A stretch of DNA of 64,000 nucleotides, from contig CBDBCZ010000017.1 of the NCBI GenBank assembly GCA_965203295.1, forward strand, positions 1,216,001-1,280,000, given 5' to 3'. The DNA is from Nitrospirales bacterium (GTDB taxonomy: Bacteria > Nitrospirota > Nitrospiria > Nitrospirales > UBA8639). Within the stretch, counting starts at the first letter, position 1. Each line of letters opens with the position of its first letter. Shown in pieces: positions 52,055-64,000 of this stretch. A program made the position numbers and the translations under genes. The notes under the pieces were generated by a model, which worked only from the letters and a program-made list of their open reading frames with translations, was not told where the DNA came from and searched no databases.

Positions 52055-52770
52055 AAAGCACTTTGCCAAAAAGTGCAAAAAACCAGTCATGTAGGGATGC
52101 ACTTCCACCCAAAAACACTGCCCCAAAAACCAATGAAACAAGCAACAATGCACACCAGAAGGCATGCACAGACTACACACATCACAGTGCAATGCATTTA
52201 CCGCGTAGCTACCATCCCTACATCTTTCCAACCACACCCACCCAATCCGTACCACACCCATACTCAACTGCACACCCAATACTTCTCAACACACACCACC
52301 GTCCACAATCATCACCATCAACCACGACAACTCATCTCAATCCAACATCCTTATCCACAATCATTAGCTACATACTTCACAAAACACAATACCCCACACT
52401 ACAACCAACCCAAACTATAACGGCAACACTACTAAAATCCCTATATAAACACCAAATGACTCTCACTATAGTCCAATATGCATGTACACAATCAACACTA
52501 ACAGCTACCTTCCACAACCGCCAACGTACTCATTAGCAGCACACACACTACCACTATTCATATACACAATTGGGGTGGGTGTGGTTGGAAAGATGTAGGG
52601 ATGGTAGCTACGCGGTAAATGCATTGCACTGTGATGTGTGTAGTCTGTGCATGCCTTCTGGTGTGCATTGTTGCTTGTTTCATTGGTTTTTGGGGCAGTG
52701 TTTTTGGGTGGAAGTGCATCCCTACATGACTGTTTTTTTGCACTTTTTGGCAAGTGCTTTTTCTGTAACT
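52055..52770. repeat. ~190-bp near-perfect inverted repeat around a CA-rich low-complexity spacer
   Basis: 52055-52245 is mirrored at 52570-52765; both arms translate PKSAK.QSCRDALPPKNTAP...FPTTPT. Confidence 0.88.
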
Positions 52771-53654
52771 TGTTTATACCACATTACATCACATCCAAGG
52801 TGTTTGATTGGAGCAGAAGCGGAGTATAAAGGGTCATATACTACGTTTATGTTTTCATGTTTTATTATACTACTTCTATGTTTTCATGTATTATGACATC
52901 GTAAATAACTGCTGCCTCTGGGAATGCTAGCCCAGTGCTTCTAGGTACCTACTCCACTGATTGGTCAAATGTTGTATAAGCCAGATATACCACGCCTACT
53001 CGGAGTATAAACGCGATATACTCCGCTAGGCTGTTTACCCTCGGCTATCGCCTCGGGTAAACCGTCTAGCGGAGTATATCTGCGTTTATACTCCTCGTAG
53101 ACGTGATATATCCTATACATATTGCCCCAACCACAGGGCAATATGAGCGTACTCAAGGCTCTACGGCATATATTGCCCTGCCGGTACCTTTGTTCCACCC
53201 ACGCAAAGGGCTACAAATATTGCATGCAAGACTCACAATTAAATGTATAGCTATGACATTTCATAGCAAGTAATAAATCGCTGCTTTGCTCAACAAAAAG
53301 TTAGGGTTGTTTTCACCAAGCTTAGACTATAGTAGGCATAATCTTTGAAATCCCATTGGATAGGTCATGAGTCTCAGATCTAAATCCCATATATCCATGC
53401 ATGCATGGGGTTTACGTATATAAATCCCATTCCATGCGAGATGGACATATTTTGGTAACATTACAGTAGTAATGGGTCGGTATATAGTCTAAATAACTTA
53501 GATGCCTCGACCAATGGGATCTACGTGATTTAGAAACCCTCAATCCTGGTGTCTACGTTAAACCTATATTTGGTTACCTCAGTTATAGTTCAAGGGTATA
53601 ACCATGCACATTTTCCACCGTGCAGGCTTGAACATATAAAGGCACAGCCAGACA

Positions 53655-54360
53655 GCTATAACCTGTATATAGCATACAGTTCCAGTTAGGAAGCCAGTCA
53701 TGCATGCTATTCCTGTAAAATATGTATTATTGTAGGAATAAGTAGCTATTAGTAAACAATATTCCTGTGACTGGCTTCCTAATGGAACTTGCTTTAAATG
53801 TGGCATGTGGTGAGTGAACCATCTGGGATCTGATGCCCACATATACACAACAGACATGTTTCCTGTAATTCCTGTATTAGTTACAGCTATAACCTGTATA
53901 GCATACAGTTCCAGTTAGGAAGCCAGTCATGCTATTCCTGTAAAATATGTATTATTGTAGGAATAAGTAGCTATTAGTAAACAATATTCCTGTGACTGGC
54001 TTCCTAATGGAACTTGCTTTAAATGTGGCATGTGCATGGTGAGTGAACCATCTGGAATCTGATGCCCACATATACACAACAGACATGTTTCCTGTATTTC
54101 CTGTATTAGTTACAGCTATATAACCTGTATATAGCATACAGCTCCAGTTAGGAAGCCAGTCATGCTATTCCTGTAAAATATGTATTATTGTAGGAATAAG
54201 TAGCTATTAGTAAACAATATTCCTGTGACTGGCTTCCTAATGGAACTTGCTTTAAATGTGGCATGTGCATGGTGAGTGAACCATCTGGGATCTGATGCCC
54301 ACATATTATACACAACAGACATGTTTCCTGTAACTCCAGGTGTATTAATTACAGGAATAA
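53655..54360. repeat. ~235-bp unit triplicated in tandem (single in copy 1 at about 29725-29955)
   Basis: CAGCTATAACCTGTAT...GTATTAGTTA occurs three times. Confidence 0.88.
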
Positions 54361-55518
54361 CATGTTTCTGTAAATATGCATTGTTGTAAAAAATAACATG
54401 ATTCCTGTGACTGCATGGCTTCATAACTGGAACTCCTGTAATAATGTATAACATTGTGGTGTGTGAGCCACCTGGGATCTGATGCCAACATACACAACAG
54501 TTGTAGGGAAAGCAAAGTGGTTGCCTTTGTTGAGGGAACCTATAACCACTGTGTTATTTCTGCAACAACGTATCAGGTGACCCACTTTCCTGCAACTATA
54601 GCAACCGTACATGTACTGCCTATAATTCCTATACCATTCCTACATAGCCTCGGCTAGTCCTACATACTCAGACGTCCAACTAACTACATGTAATAACCGA
54701 GAGATATTTGAAAGATGCATTGATCAAATCGAATAATACAGCAATAATGCTTCCTTATTATTATGCTAAACACAAGGACTAGGAAATGAGTATATAGGAA
54801 TTTAAAATGCACTCTGTCTCAGTTTGTAAAAAAGTGAATCAAAGTGATTAATCATAATTATACCTGGGTATACTAGTAACAGTATTCTATAAGAAAGCAA
54901 TTTCCTCCAAACTATTGGTACCACAAATTATTGTCAATGAGCTACTTCCACTATGGTTCAAGTTCAGGGGTATCAGTCTCCTGAATCCAATATGAGTTAA
55001 CTTAATGCAACTTATGTAATGTCCTGACTCGACTCCTGACTTCTGAGTTCATAGAGTTACCATACCACATACTTTCTGCAGTGAGAAAATCGTCTATCAT
55101 TTTGTGATAGCAGCCGCTGCAGCTGAAGCCTCATGTTTGCTGTAGTGCATGCAACAAAGACTCATGGCATGTATTAAACAACAATTAGTGGTGTAAATCA
55201 CATACTTGATTAGTAGCAGTACATTTACCTCAGACTATTGTCAAGAGTGCGATTATTTCCATATTTGCACACTTTTTGTGATCATAATTAACATGGAATC
55301 ATATTGGCTTGTAGTGCAATCCAGGCCACGTGATCAGAGCGGTATCCACCTCTTGCGCATGCGCGAACGTGCTGGAATTTGATTGGTTGGTACTGTTACC
55401 GCACCGTAGAAGGCATACACCCTCTGTAAGCGCGTGTATAAAAGAGAGATACATTTCTTCATTTCTCACAATTCAAACGTGCCTGTTTATAAGCCTGCGC
55501 AGTAACCTATTCTGCGAA

Positions 55519-58500
55519 ATGGCAGCAAGCGATGTTTCACGTTCTGGACGAACAGCTGCAGAAAACATCAAGTTTCATATTGCCGCTGAGAGGTCTGAAT
55601 TGAGCAGCACATTGCCTGCCTTCATCATCAACAAACCTCAGAGTGTGCATGCAGACGTCATCGGCTTGAGTGAAGGAGAGCTGATTTCCAGCAATGCGGC
55701 TCTTGCTGTAACCCTCGCGCCGAAGCGGGATGCACTTCAGCAAAAAGTCGATCATGTTAATCTCGCTATTGGACTGACGAACTTCAAGAACTGGGGAGAA
55801 ACAATGCAAAACCTCCTTCTGTATGCGAAACCAACCGAGGTGACGCAGGTCAAAGCGCTTGTGGCAGCTGCTAATGAACTGGATATCAAGGTGGGTGAAA
55901 ACAATTAGGCTGATGAGGATCTATGCATGTAGTTGTGGCATGTGGCAGTTTTTGCAGCGCGGAGGCTCAGAGTGCAAGTAAAGCGCCGTACTAGAATTTA
56001 TATAGGTGGGAAAAATTTTGCTAGGAAATATTTCGCCAAATACAGTTGCGAAGTTGTTTTTTTTTCGGACTTATTTTCGCGCATGCCTACAGTACGCCTC
56101 CGAGTTCATTTGACGCGCAGTTAAGCTCGAGTAACGGGATAGATCTCCAGAAATTGAGAGATTTCCGCCATACTGCAAGTTCTACCACGTCACAGTGAGC
56201 TCACTGACCTCGCAGGCCATATAATCTCGCATAGTCATGGAAGTATTAAACTTTGCTAGCTACTGGCGAATCGACAATATATTAAGACAACAAGTTCGCT
56301 TTTAGAAGAGCCGCAGATGCGGCATTCATTAGCGGAAAACTTTTCCCGCGGGTTGTTAATTTTTGCCATGCACTTGTATACAACTTACAATTGGGACACT
56401 GACGAATGGCGAAATTGTGGGTAGCTATATCATACTTACCTTGGGGGAAATCCTTCGAATATCAGAGGTAGCTCGTAATTACTATGACTGTATATATGGA
56501 AGAGGACGAGGAGTATGCTGCAGCTATACAGTATCAGTACCGGTATGTAATTATAGACCAACCCATTCTAAATGTTATGAATGCGCTAGCCGAAGTAGCT
56601 GTAGAAATAAATAGGTTGTTATAACTTCTGAGTAGTTACTGCAGTAACTGTGCAGTTGCAGGGTACAATAACTTAAGGTAATATACTATGGTATGGCTAG
56701 AATGAGTCTCCCTTAATTATTGTTGGTGTAGCTACAATGTACATGCAAAGAAAAGTCATGCACCCTCACTTATTATAATCCCAGATGTTCACTCACCACA
56801 TAATAACAAGTGGTTAGCTTCCCTTCTTAGCTACATGGAAACTATATGTTATAATAGATCATATTTCCCCCAGGCAGGCACATGCACTATTCTTTTTAAT
56901 TTTCCCATTATTCTAATCCCCAATTCTTTTATTTTGCCCTATTATTTTTTTCCATTGTTCTTATTTTTACCCTATCATTCTTTTCCTTTATCACGAGCCA
57001 TATGCAGCAGACGGAATTTAGGATGTGTTTCTACCTTTTAGTACAAGTCATATAGTGGGTTTCTCTGCTTCACTACACTTGGCTTTGGAATTATTGATGG
57101 AATTCACAGCCACTTATATTCCCACCACTTTACTTCAGACTAATTACGAGTCCTTTGACCTAGGGAAGGCCTTACAGACAGGTCTTATCAAAACAATCAC
57201 CTATTTATTCTCGCTTCTATGTATACACCTATTATTCCTAAAGAAATTCCCGAATAATGTGCGAAACAGTTAGCCCTCAGTGGAGCTGTTACTAATTTAT
57301 AGTGCGTTTATGAATTCAATGACTTCTATTCCTGAATAGATGGGAATGGGCGGGGCCTACCACACGTGGTCGCCGACCTACCCAGATGCTGGAGGGTTAC
57401 TCATCAACACCTGTGACCTTAAACTTGAAAAGCCTGAAACAAGTGATGGCAACCGCCGAATTGATTATGACAGTATGTATACTGCTATTAAAGTAATAGT
57501 CGTTTAATTAGTGTTGTTTTAGTTAACTAAAACTAAAAACAAAAAGTATTTCAATTAAAAATTTTCACCAAAATCAATGCAATTAGCTACATGACATTGT
57601 ATAATAGTGTTAGTAACCCTTTTTTAATTTCAGTTCCCCAACTGAAACTTAACTTTCATACTGTAATAGCCTTTTTACTAAACTAAATCTAATCATGTGA
57701 AGCCATACTAAAACAACACTGATTTTAACGGACTGTCATAAGATGGTCTGTACATTATATTTGCACATTCCCTATAGTCTTCAACAAGTTGTACAGTGGA
57801 ACCCCTCTACTGGGGACACCTGTATAGTATAGAGAGGTGTCCTCATTTCAGGGGTAAATTTACAGCATATTTGAGATGTAGCAAAATGTCCTTAATACAT
57901 TATCATAGGCATCCTTATTTCAGGGGTGTCCTATTAAGAGGGGTTCCGCTGTTACGGTATTATGCTTCATGTTCATTTGATGCAGAGGACAATAAGAGGG
58001 TCACTATTTCACCTGGTGTTACTGTTGGAGAGCTCATGAGTTTTTTTCTGAACCACGAAATCTGCTTTGAGTCTAATGTCATCTTACCAACCGTCACTTA
58101 TGGTGGGACATTCAGTGGAGGGTGTCATGTACGTGCATTTAGTGTAAAAGTTTGATTAGAAGTGCAGCAACTGCATGTACCTATAGTATGGCTTTATATA
58201 GCGATGGCCCGTTTAGGAAACTCGATGCTTGTGAAATGTATCATTTGGGTGCGGTGCAGGTAGAAAATAGCAACATTTCTACAAATGTGAATTAAAAAGG
58301 CTTTTCACAAAGACTGAGGGCTCAACAAAGGGCATTATTAAAGTAGCAGCTTGCAATAAACTGTAATTGCAACAAACCTCGGTAATGACAAAATCCCTCA
58401 TTTAGAACATAATTCAAACACACATTCGGTTGAGTATCAGCTAGCTTATCACACTTCTAGGCATTTTGTATTCCTTCTACACATGCTATATACCTTGACA

Positions 58501-61500
58501 AGGCCCTCTGATGAGTCTTCATGAAGCCTCCGTGAAAACTAAAAACTCCTTTTTTACCATTCAGCCGACTTTCAAATGACAATGTCACGGTAGTGCACGT
58601 GATATAAGGTTTCTAAAAATCTATTCTTGCACATACGTAGGGCACCGGAAAAGACCAGGAGAGCATATCTGACTGGATTGTATCGATGAAGGTGGTTGAT
58701 GGAGAAGGGGAGCTCCGGCAGCTACCTCCTGAATCACTTCCCCCCGGAGTAACAATGAATTCTGATCAAATCCTGAAAGCGGCCCAAGTCGATTTGGGTC
58801 TGTTTGGTGTCGCAGTCGAGTACACGGTAACGGTGAAACCAATGTCCAATTGCCGAGTGCAGAACATCTTTGACCAGACCCTGCAGGTAATAATTATTTT
58901 AATTTAATTAACCCTTTATCAACCATAAGAAACAGCTTAAATAAGCAGAAAAGCCTGTACAAAGTGTTAACGCCTAGTATTAAACCCCCCATATAAATTC
59001 ATATGGGCTTATGGGAGCTCATGACGCAGATATGCGTCATTGGTTGGTAAAGAGTTAAATAAAAAAGCTCTCAGGTTATTTCCCGAGTACAATAATCATT
59101 GCCTATATGGCTCAGAATCTTTGTCGTTGTTGTAAATGTACATGCATATTTTTTTTGCCTTGGAGTGAAGCCACGTTTGTAATGGAGCGAATAGGACATT
59201 CTTGCCTAACAATGTGCACGTGATATGTACAAGTCATAACAGTATGTTGTATACATGTAGGCTAAGCTATTCGGTCTTATATATTTATGCTGTGTACACC
59301 TGCATAATATGTGACTAAATAAGCCCTGTATTTTGTGAAATTTGGGCCGGAAATGCTGGTGGAGCACGTACCAGTGTACACTGTCGTCCATGTACAAATC
59401 CATTGCAGCAGTGGCTGCTCTTTTGAAAAATGTTTCAAACTGAGTCGTTTCTTTATTTGTAATTTCTCCAGCATCATGGCTCATAGCTTCTTTTTTTCTT
59501 GCCATAACTATAGCTGGCTCAATAATTCAGCTATCCCCTGTGTACGTGTTAGGCCTTGTCCACACTGGGGGGGTTAAAAAAGCACTGTATGCCCCTGCAA
59601 AAAATAATCATACTTTTGTCTTGCACTACATGCATCTTCAAACTACACGAGGCATATAGTGCGCTTATGGCAGTATCAGTAAAAAGTTTAATTCTCTGTT
59701 TCAATGCAGGATGTCGTTTCACCACCACCTTGTCCACCACCTTGTCCAGGGACACCCGTTCCAGTAAGTTATACATGTACTTTGATGTACTGTGTCGTGC
59801 AAATTAGGGTTCTCAAACAGTTTTGGTTGTTGTCAAGAGTAAGTTTTATGATGCTACCTATCTTGAACAGACAGAAAGTCTGGCCGCCCTCCTGAAGAAG
59901 TACTGGTCTGTGGAGATCTTCTGGTTTCCATTCAATAGTCTTCTTGACTGGGTGGGCAAAATGGTGCCTACGGAATCTGGCCGGCAGCTCAACGTTGCTG
60001 CATTTCCTGAGCCACCTGCTGCTGATACTAAACTAGTAAGAAATTATGCACAGAGTGCATGAGCCACCAGGCGGGGAAGCATATAGTGTTGTTTTGGTAC
60101 TCCATTCTAAAAGCATACTGTCTTATACTACAAGAGCACATAAAATAGTGCTGGAAAATTATTATGTATGTGCTCTTGTAGTATAACATGATAATGGAAT
60201 ATACCATGACAACTCGAAATTTTCTTAGCGTCAGCACACTCTATAATGTATATATTGACAGAAGCATACATAATTGGAGTCTCAACTCCTATGCATGCAT
60301 TCAGCTCAGTATACTGCCTTTGGTGGCACATGGACCCCTAATACTGTACACAGTGCTGTATTATTATGGTTTTGCAAGTTAAGTCTCCCTAACAAATGAT
60401 CAAACTTTCATATAATAGCGAGAGGAAGCTGGACTGAGCCCCAGTAACATACTGACCTGGCTTTGGTCTCCTTGGAACGACAAGCTTTGGATTCGGGGTA
60501 TCGATATCGATAGAATTGGAACAACAAAAGTAACTCTCGAGTAAGGCACTTCTATTGTATTCTCATGCCATCTTTGAATTAATTAAGTGGGTGTAACTGA
60601 AAGACCCCCCCCCCAGTTAGTATCAACAAGACTTGGTTTAATCCAATCCGAGAATACTACCACCCTTATCACTATAAATTAATTGAAGGGCTGAGAACCA
60701 GAGTGGTCTAACCCAATTAAAGAAACTTCCTCCTCCCAAACTTGAGACAAAAAATATTATGTGAATACCTGATCTGAGTAGCTATGGGGGTAGGAGTTAG
60801 ACCACAAAGTGGTGATTTGTTACTCCTACATTGTATGATATTTGGCATTCCATATAAATTATGTACAAATTGTGAGTCTTTAATCTAGCCACATGGGACT
60901 AAACATAGAAACTGGAGTGAGGTTCCTGGAACCTTCTCCAGTTACTATGTTGAGTCCCTTGATAGCAGATGAAAGACTCACAAAAATGTACTACATGTCA
61001 AGTGACACCACTTCGAGGTCTAACTCCTACCTACATACAGCAATGAAAGATTTCACATTTTTTGTCATACACTCATACACTTTAAAGTACAATTATGCAC
61101 TTTCAGTAGCTACTTCATTTGAGTTGGCCCACTATGGCTCTCAGCCCTTCAATTGACATTGAATTCTGCTTTGTGATGATTTTCTCATTCATTGCAGCCC
61201 TGGAGTGCCTTTCTGGAGCAAGGTGATGGATGTTGCCATGGGAACAGTGGGCAAGCGCTTTCTCACTCCCCTGATTCAAAATTTCCCTGGAGTCACTCCG
61301 TTCACCCTCCTGGGTGCGTTTCAGCAATTGAAATTCCAGTATGGCACCATGCAAGGTGATGAAGTGGTGCGCACTCCATGGGCTATCCACTATCGCGATG
61401 CCATCGATCTCATGCCGGTCTACGACGTCGAATTTGCCTTCCCTATTGACATCGATAATCCAGAAGTTCTTGTGCAAGCAATCTGGGAAGTGGTCAAAGT

Positions 61501-62320
61501 TACTGCGCGGTATGCCAGATTCGGTTAGTGTGTGTGTAGTAGGAATCACACTTTCAGCTGTCCCATGCACGTACACTCAAGGAATAAAGCCTGAAGTGGG
61601 CATGTGTGTAAAGTACAGGCAAGAAATCTATCCCATGTAGTTATGTGATTAATCACTTTGAAATATCACTAGTTAAAAATTCATGCATTAGTGTAACGGT
61701 AGGACCCTGAGTATGGGTAATACAAGAAAAAAGTGCATGGTGTGTAGTTTGATTGGATTAATACAGTGTTAGATTTCCCAAAGGTACACACATGTGCGAT
61801 GATGTGGTTTCTCAAAGAGGACATTATGGTACATACTATGTGTCCATGTTGCACTGTATATATCTGTAGCGTAGTGACACAGTGAATGTAATATTCTCAC
61901 TTCTTTTGCTCAGGCAAGTATCCATCTGAAACAAACCGCGATGAAAAAATCAGCTTCCCCCTCACGCTGGCAATGGAGATACGAGTGCTGAAAAACAGCG
62001 ACACCCTCCTCTGTCCGGCCAGTATCACCGAAGCTGGCAAGAATCACGTCGCCTACATTGAAGTCCTGAGCATATCTGGCACCCCCGGGTACGAGGAATA
62101 CTTCACAGAAGTCGCCACGGCATGGAAGGAGCTGGGCGGGGTCCCTCACTGGCAGAAGCAGTGGACCTTTCTAAAGGACACGACCAATATATTCAAGTAC
62201 GTCCGTGAAAAGTACGGCCAAAATATTACAACGTTCATGGACGTCCACGACCAGCTACAGCTCGACCCCAAAGGCCTCTTCATGAACAATACCATGGCAC
62301 AAGTCTTTTGTCCTCCATGA
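55519..62320 (+). CDS. FAD-linked oxidase, GULO/ALO-like, 676 aa, copy 2. Exons 55519-55890, 57340-57472, 57986-58128, 58641-58886, 59710-59763, 59808-60035, 60419-60540, 61198-61523, 61914-62320
   Basis: Same exon structure and motifs as copy 1; frame intact; one codon shorter in the last exon. Confidence 0.9.
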
Positions 62321-63647
62321 GGTGATGAGGTGATACCGCCTCAACAAATTGCCCACTGAATAACTGATTCTTGCAATGCGCATTTACTATAGTGTTATGG
62401 ACCCATATTGGGTGTACGTACTGTACTGATTCTTGCAACATGGATTTAAATAGAGCATTGTGTACTAGATAGCGTAGTGCTTTGACTGTTTTAAAGTAGT
62501 AATTTGTACATTACAACCTTGAGTTTGTTTTTTTTTTTGCTATTATTTTAACTATACGACTATACGAAACAAATTTAAATACATGTATGCTGTATTTTGG
62601 TTAATAATTGCACACTTGAGCAACTTAAAAAGATGTTCTTGCAAATGCATGCATGTGGGCTAGCTTTAATTTGAGTGGTTGTATGGCTACACCTCTTGGA
62701 CTGCAGATGTGAATCCTCTGATAAAGGTTAAACAAAACAAGAATGTTCCCTACCTTCATGCAAGGGGGGTAGGGAACTTAAAATTATGTACTCTAAGCTA
62801 TTCTGTAACAGCAGTGCACGGCCTTCTATAAAATTTTTACAAGGTACTGAGCTTGATTTCCCACTTAGACGACGTTCAGTTTAATAACGGGGCATATATA
62901 CATCACATTCTTCATTTCAGCTGTTAGCAGCTCTCGTATGTTGCTAAAATATTAATAAATATAGGTATTAAGTGCATGTGCGAGCTCTTCCAGAAAGTGA
63001 TTAGACGTATAGATATAGTGTACTGAGCCCCATTGTGCCTTAATTCGCAGTGTGACTGGAAGTGTTTATGGAAAAGGTCCTCAATTGTATAACATTATAA
63101 AAGATACGAGATTTGGTTGCTGTTGTTGAAGAGGTGAGTAATACCTAATTCCCTCTCATGCATAAAAGCCCAGAGTTACATTAGATTCATGAAAAGCATA
63201 TCAACTGCAAAATGTATAACTATATATGCAGAGAAGTGTCTGCATGGGTCGGGGGAGCATGCATGAGTGCGCTGAGTCACAACAGAGTATGAGGTATAAG
63301 AACTCTATATAGTGAAAACCAGGCAACTACATATTAAGCACACTACATGCAATCTAACTGCATAATAGACTACATAAAAAAAATGTGAGACAACTCTGCA
63401 TGATTGGCACCGCAGACTGAATGACTGAACACTGAAAAAGCACTGCAAACTCATCACTCTACAATAATCAGTACTGTGACAGTAAAAACTCAAACTATTA
63501 GTCCCCCCCCCCCCCCAAAGTGCACAAAAAATCCTATTTGTACCGGTAGCAACATGTCTATACAACATAAGTCACACACAAAATGCCGGAAAATAATAAC
63601 AAACCAGTCCAATTGGCAGTTCGAGCTGTCACGCTGCAACTGAAATG

Positions 63648-64000
63648 TTAAATGGGCAAGTCTAACTTCTTCAATTCCTTCTGCAAGATGCGCTCAAGTA
63701 CAGCGAGAAACTCTTTCTTAAATAAATCTGCAATAATGGTGGAGATAGCCCCAGTAAACTTGCCTGCGATCCATCCTAGTTCCCCAAGACCATCGACCTT
63801 GACGGAAATGTCGGGATCAGCGGCGTTCAGGCTGTCCAGGTCAACCTTTGCCTTCCCGGTTTCATCCCTTTCCAAAGTCATCACCACACGTATATTGATG
63901 TCGCCGACTGTGAAGGTTATCTCAGGCCCTACATGAACGGGACCGAGCCAAGCTTTAGCACCAGCGCTTCCTTGTACATCTCCTTCAACCCCGATGTTGG
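63648..64000 (-). CDS. TULIP-fold lipid-binding-like protein (group-7 allergen / BPI-like), C-terminal part
   Basis: Open from the window edge: NIGVEGDVQGSAGAKAWLGPVHVGPEITFTVG...ISVKVDGLGELGWIAGKFTGAISTIIADLFKKEFLAVLERILQKELKKLDLPI*. Long beta-strands followed by a long amphipathic helix. Confidence 0.6.
   Translation of the reverse strand, partial: NIGVEGDVQGSAGAKAWLGPVHVGPEITFTVGDINIRVVMTLERDETGKAKVDLDSLNAADPDISVKVDGLGELGWIAGKFTGAISTIIADLFKKEFLAVLERILQKELKKLDLPI

Larger units (their letters stand above)
42954..64000. repeat. Segmental duplication, copy 2 (runs off the window)
   Basis: Collinear with 23503-41830; the offset ranges from about 19.5 to 23.7 kb because of indels. Confidence 0.95.

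Noticed and set aside
51883..52896. Thr/His/Pro-rich ORFs
   Set aside because: Low-complexity CA-rich sequence within an inverted repeat; no domain signal.

Overview
Eukaryotic, intron-rich, repeat-dense DNA; the MITE repertoire and gene structure suggest a sponge or another non-bilaterian animal (inference). Left part (1-17.5 kb): a minus-strand CDCA7-like gene (five coding exons visible, 3' end not located in the window) faces a small 3-exon ORF across a probable E-box/E2F promoter. Its 9.8-kb first coding intron holds an intact, intronless 338-aa ORF with HEPN ribonuclease motifs. A complete but dead piggyBac element (TTAA TSD, 13-bp TIRs, three introns, a 96-bp x ~25 coding minisatellite, a nested hAT MITE) sits 16 bp upstream of that ORF's ATG. 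Middle: LINE and MITE debris and an intronless 226-aa orphan ORF. Right part (23.5-64 kb): a ~19-24 kb tandem segmental duplication. Each copy carries a decayed DDE transposase, a 9-exon FAD-linked oxidase (GULO/ALO-like, 677 and 676 aa) and a convergent TULIP-like lipid-binding gene, broken in copy 1. Comparing the copies shows insertion polymorphisms, an excision footprint, a CRE-type LINE insertion and exon-concentrated divergence of the two oxidases. All family assignments come from motif recognition by eye, not database searches.
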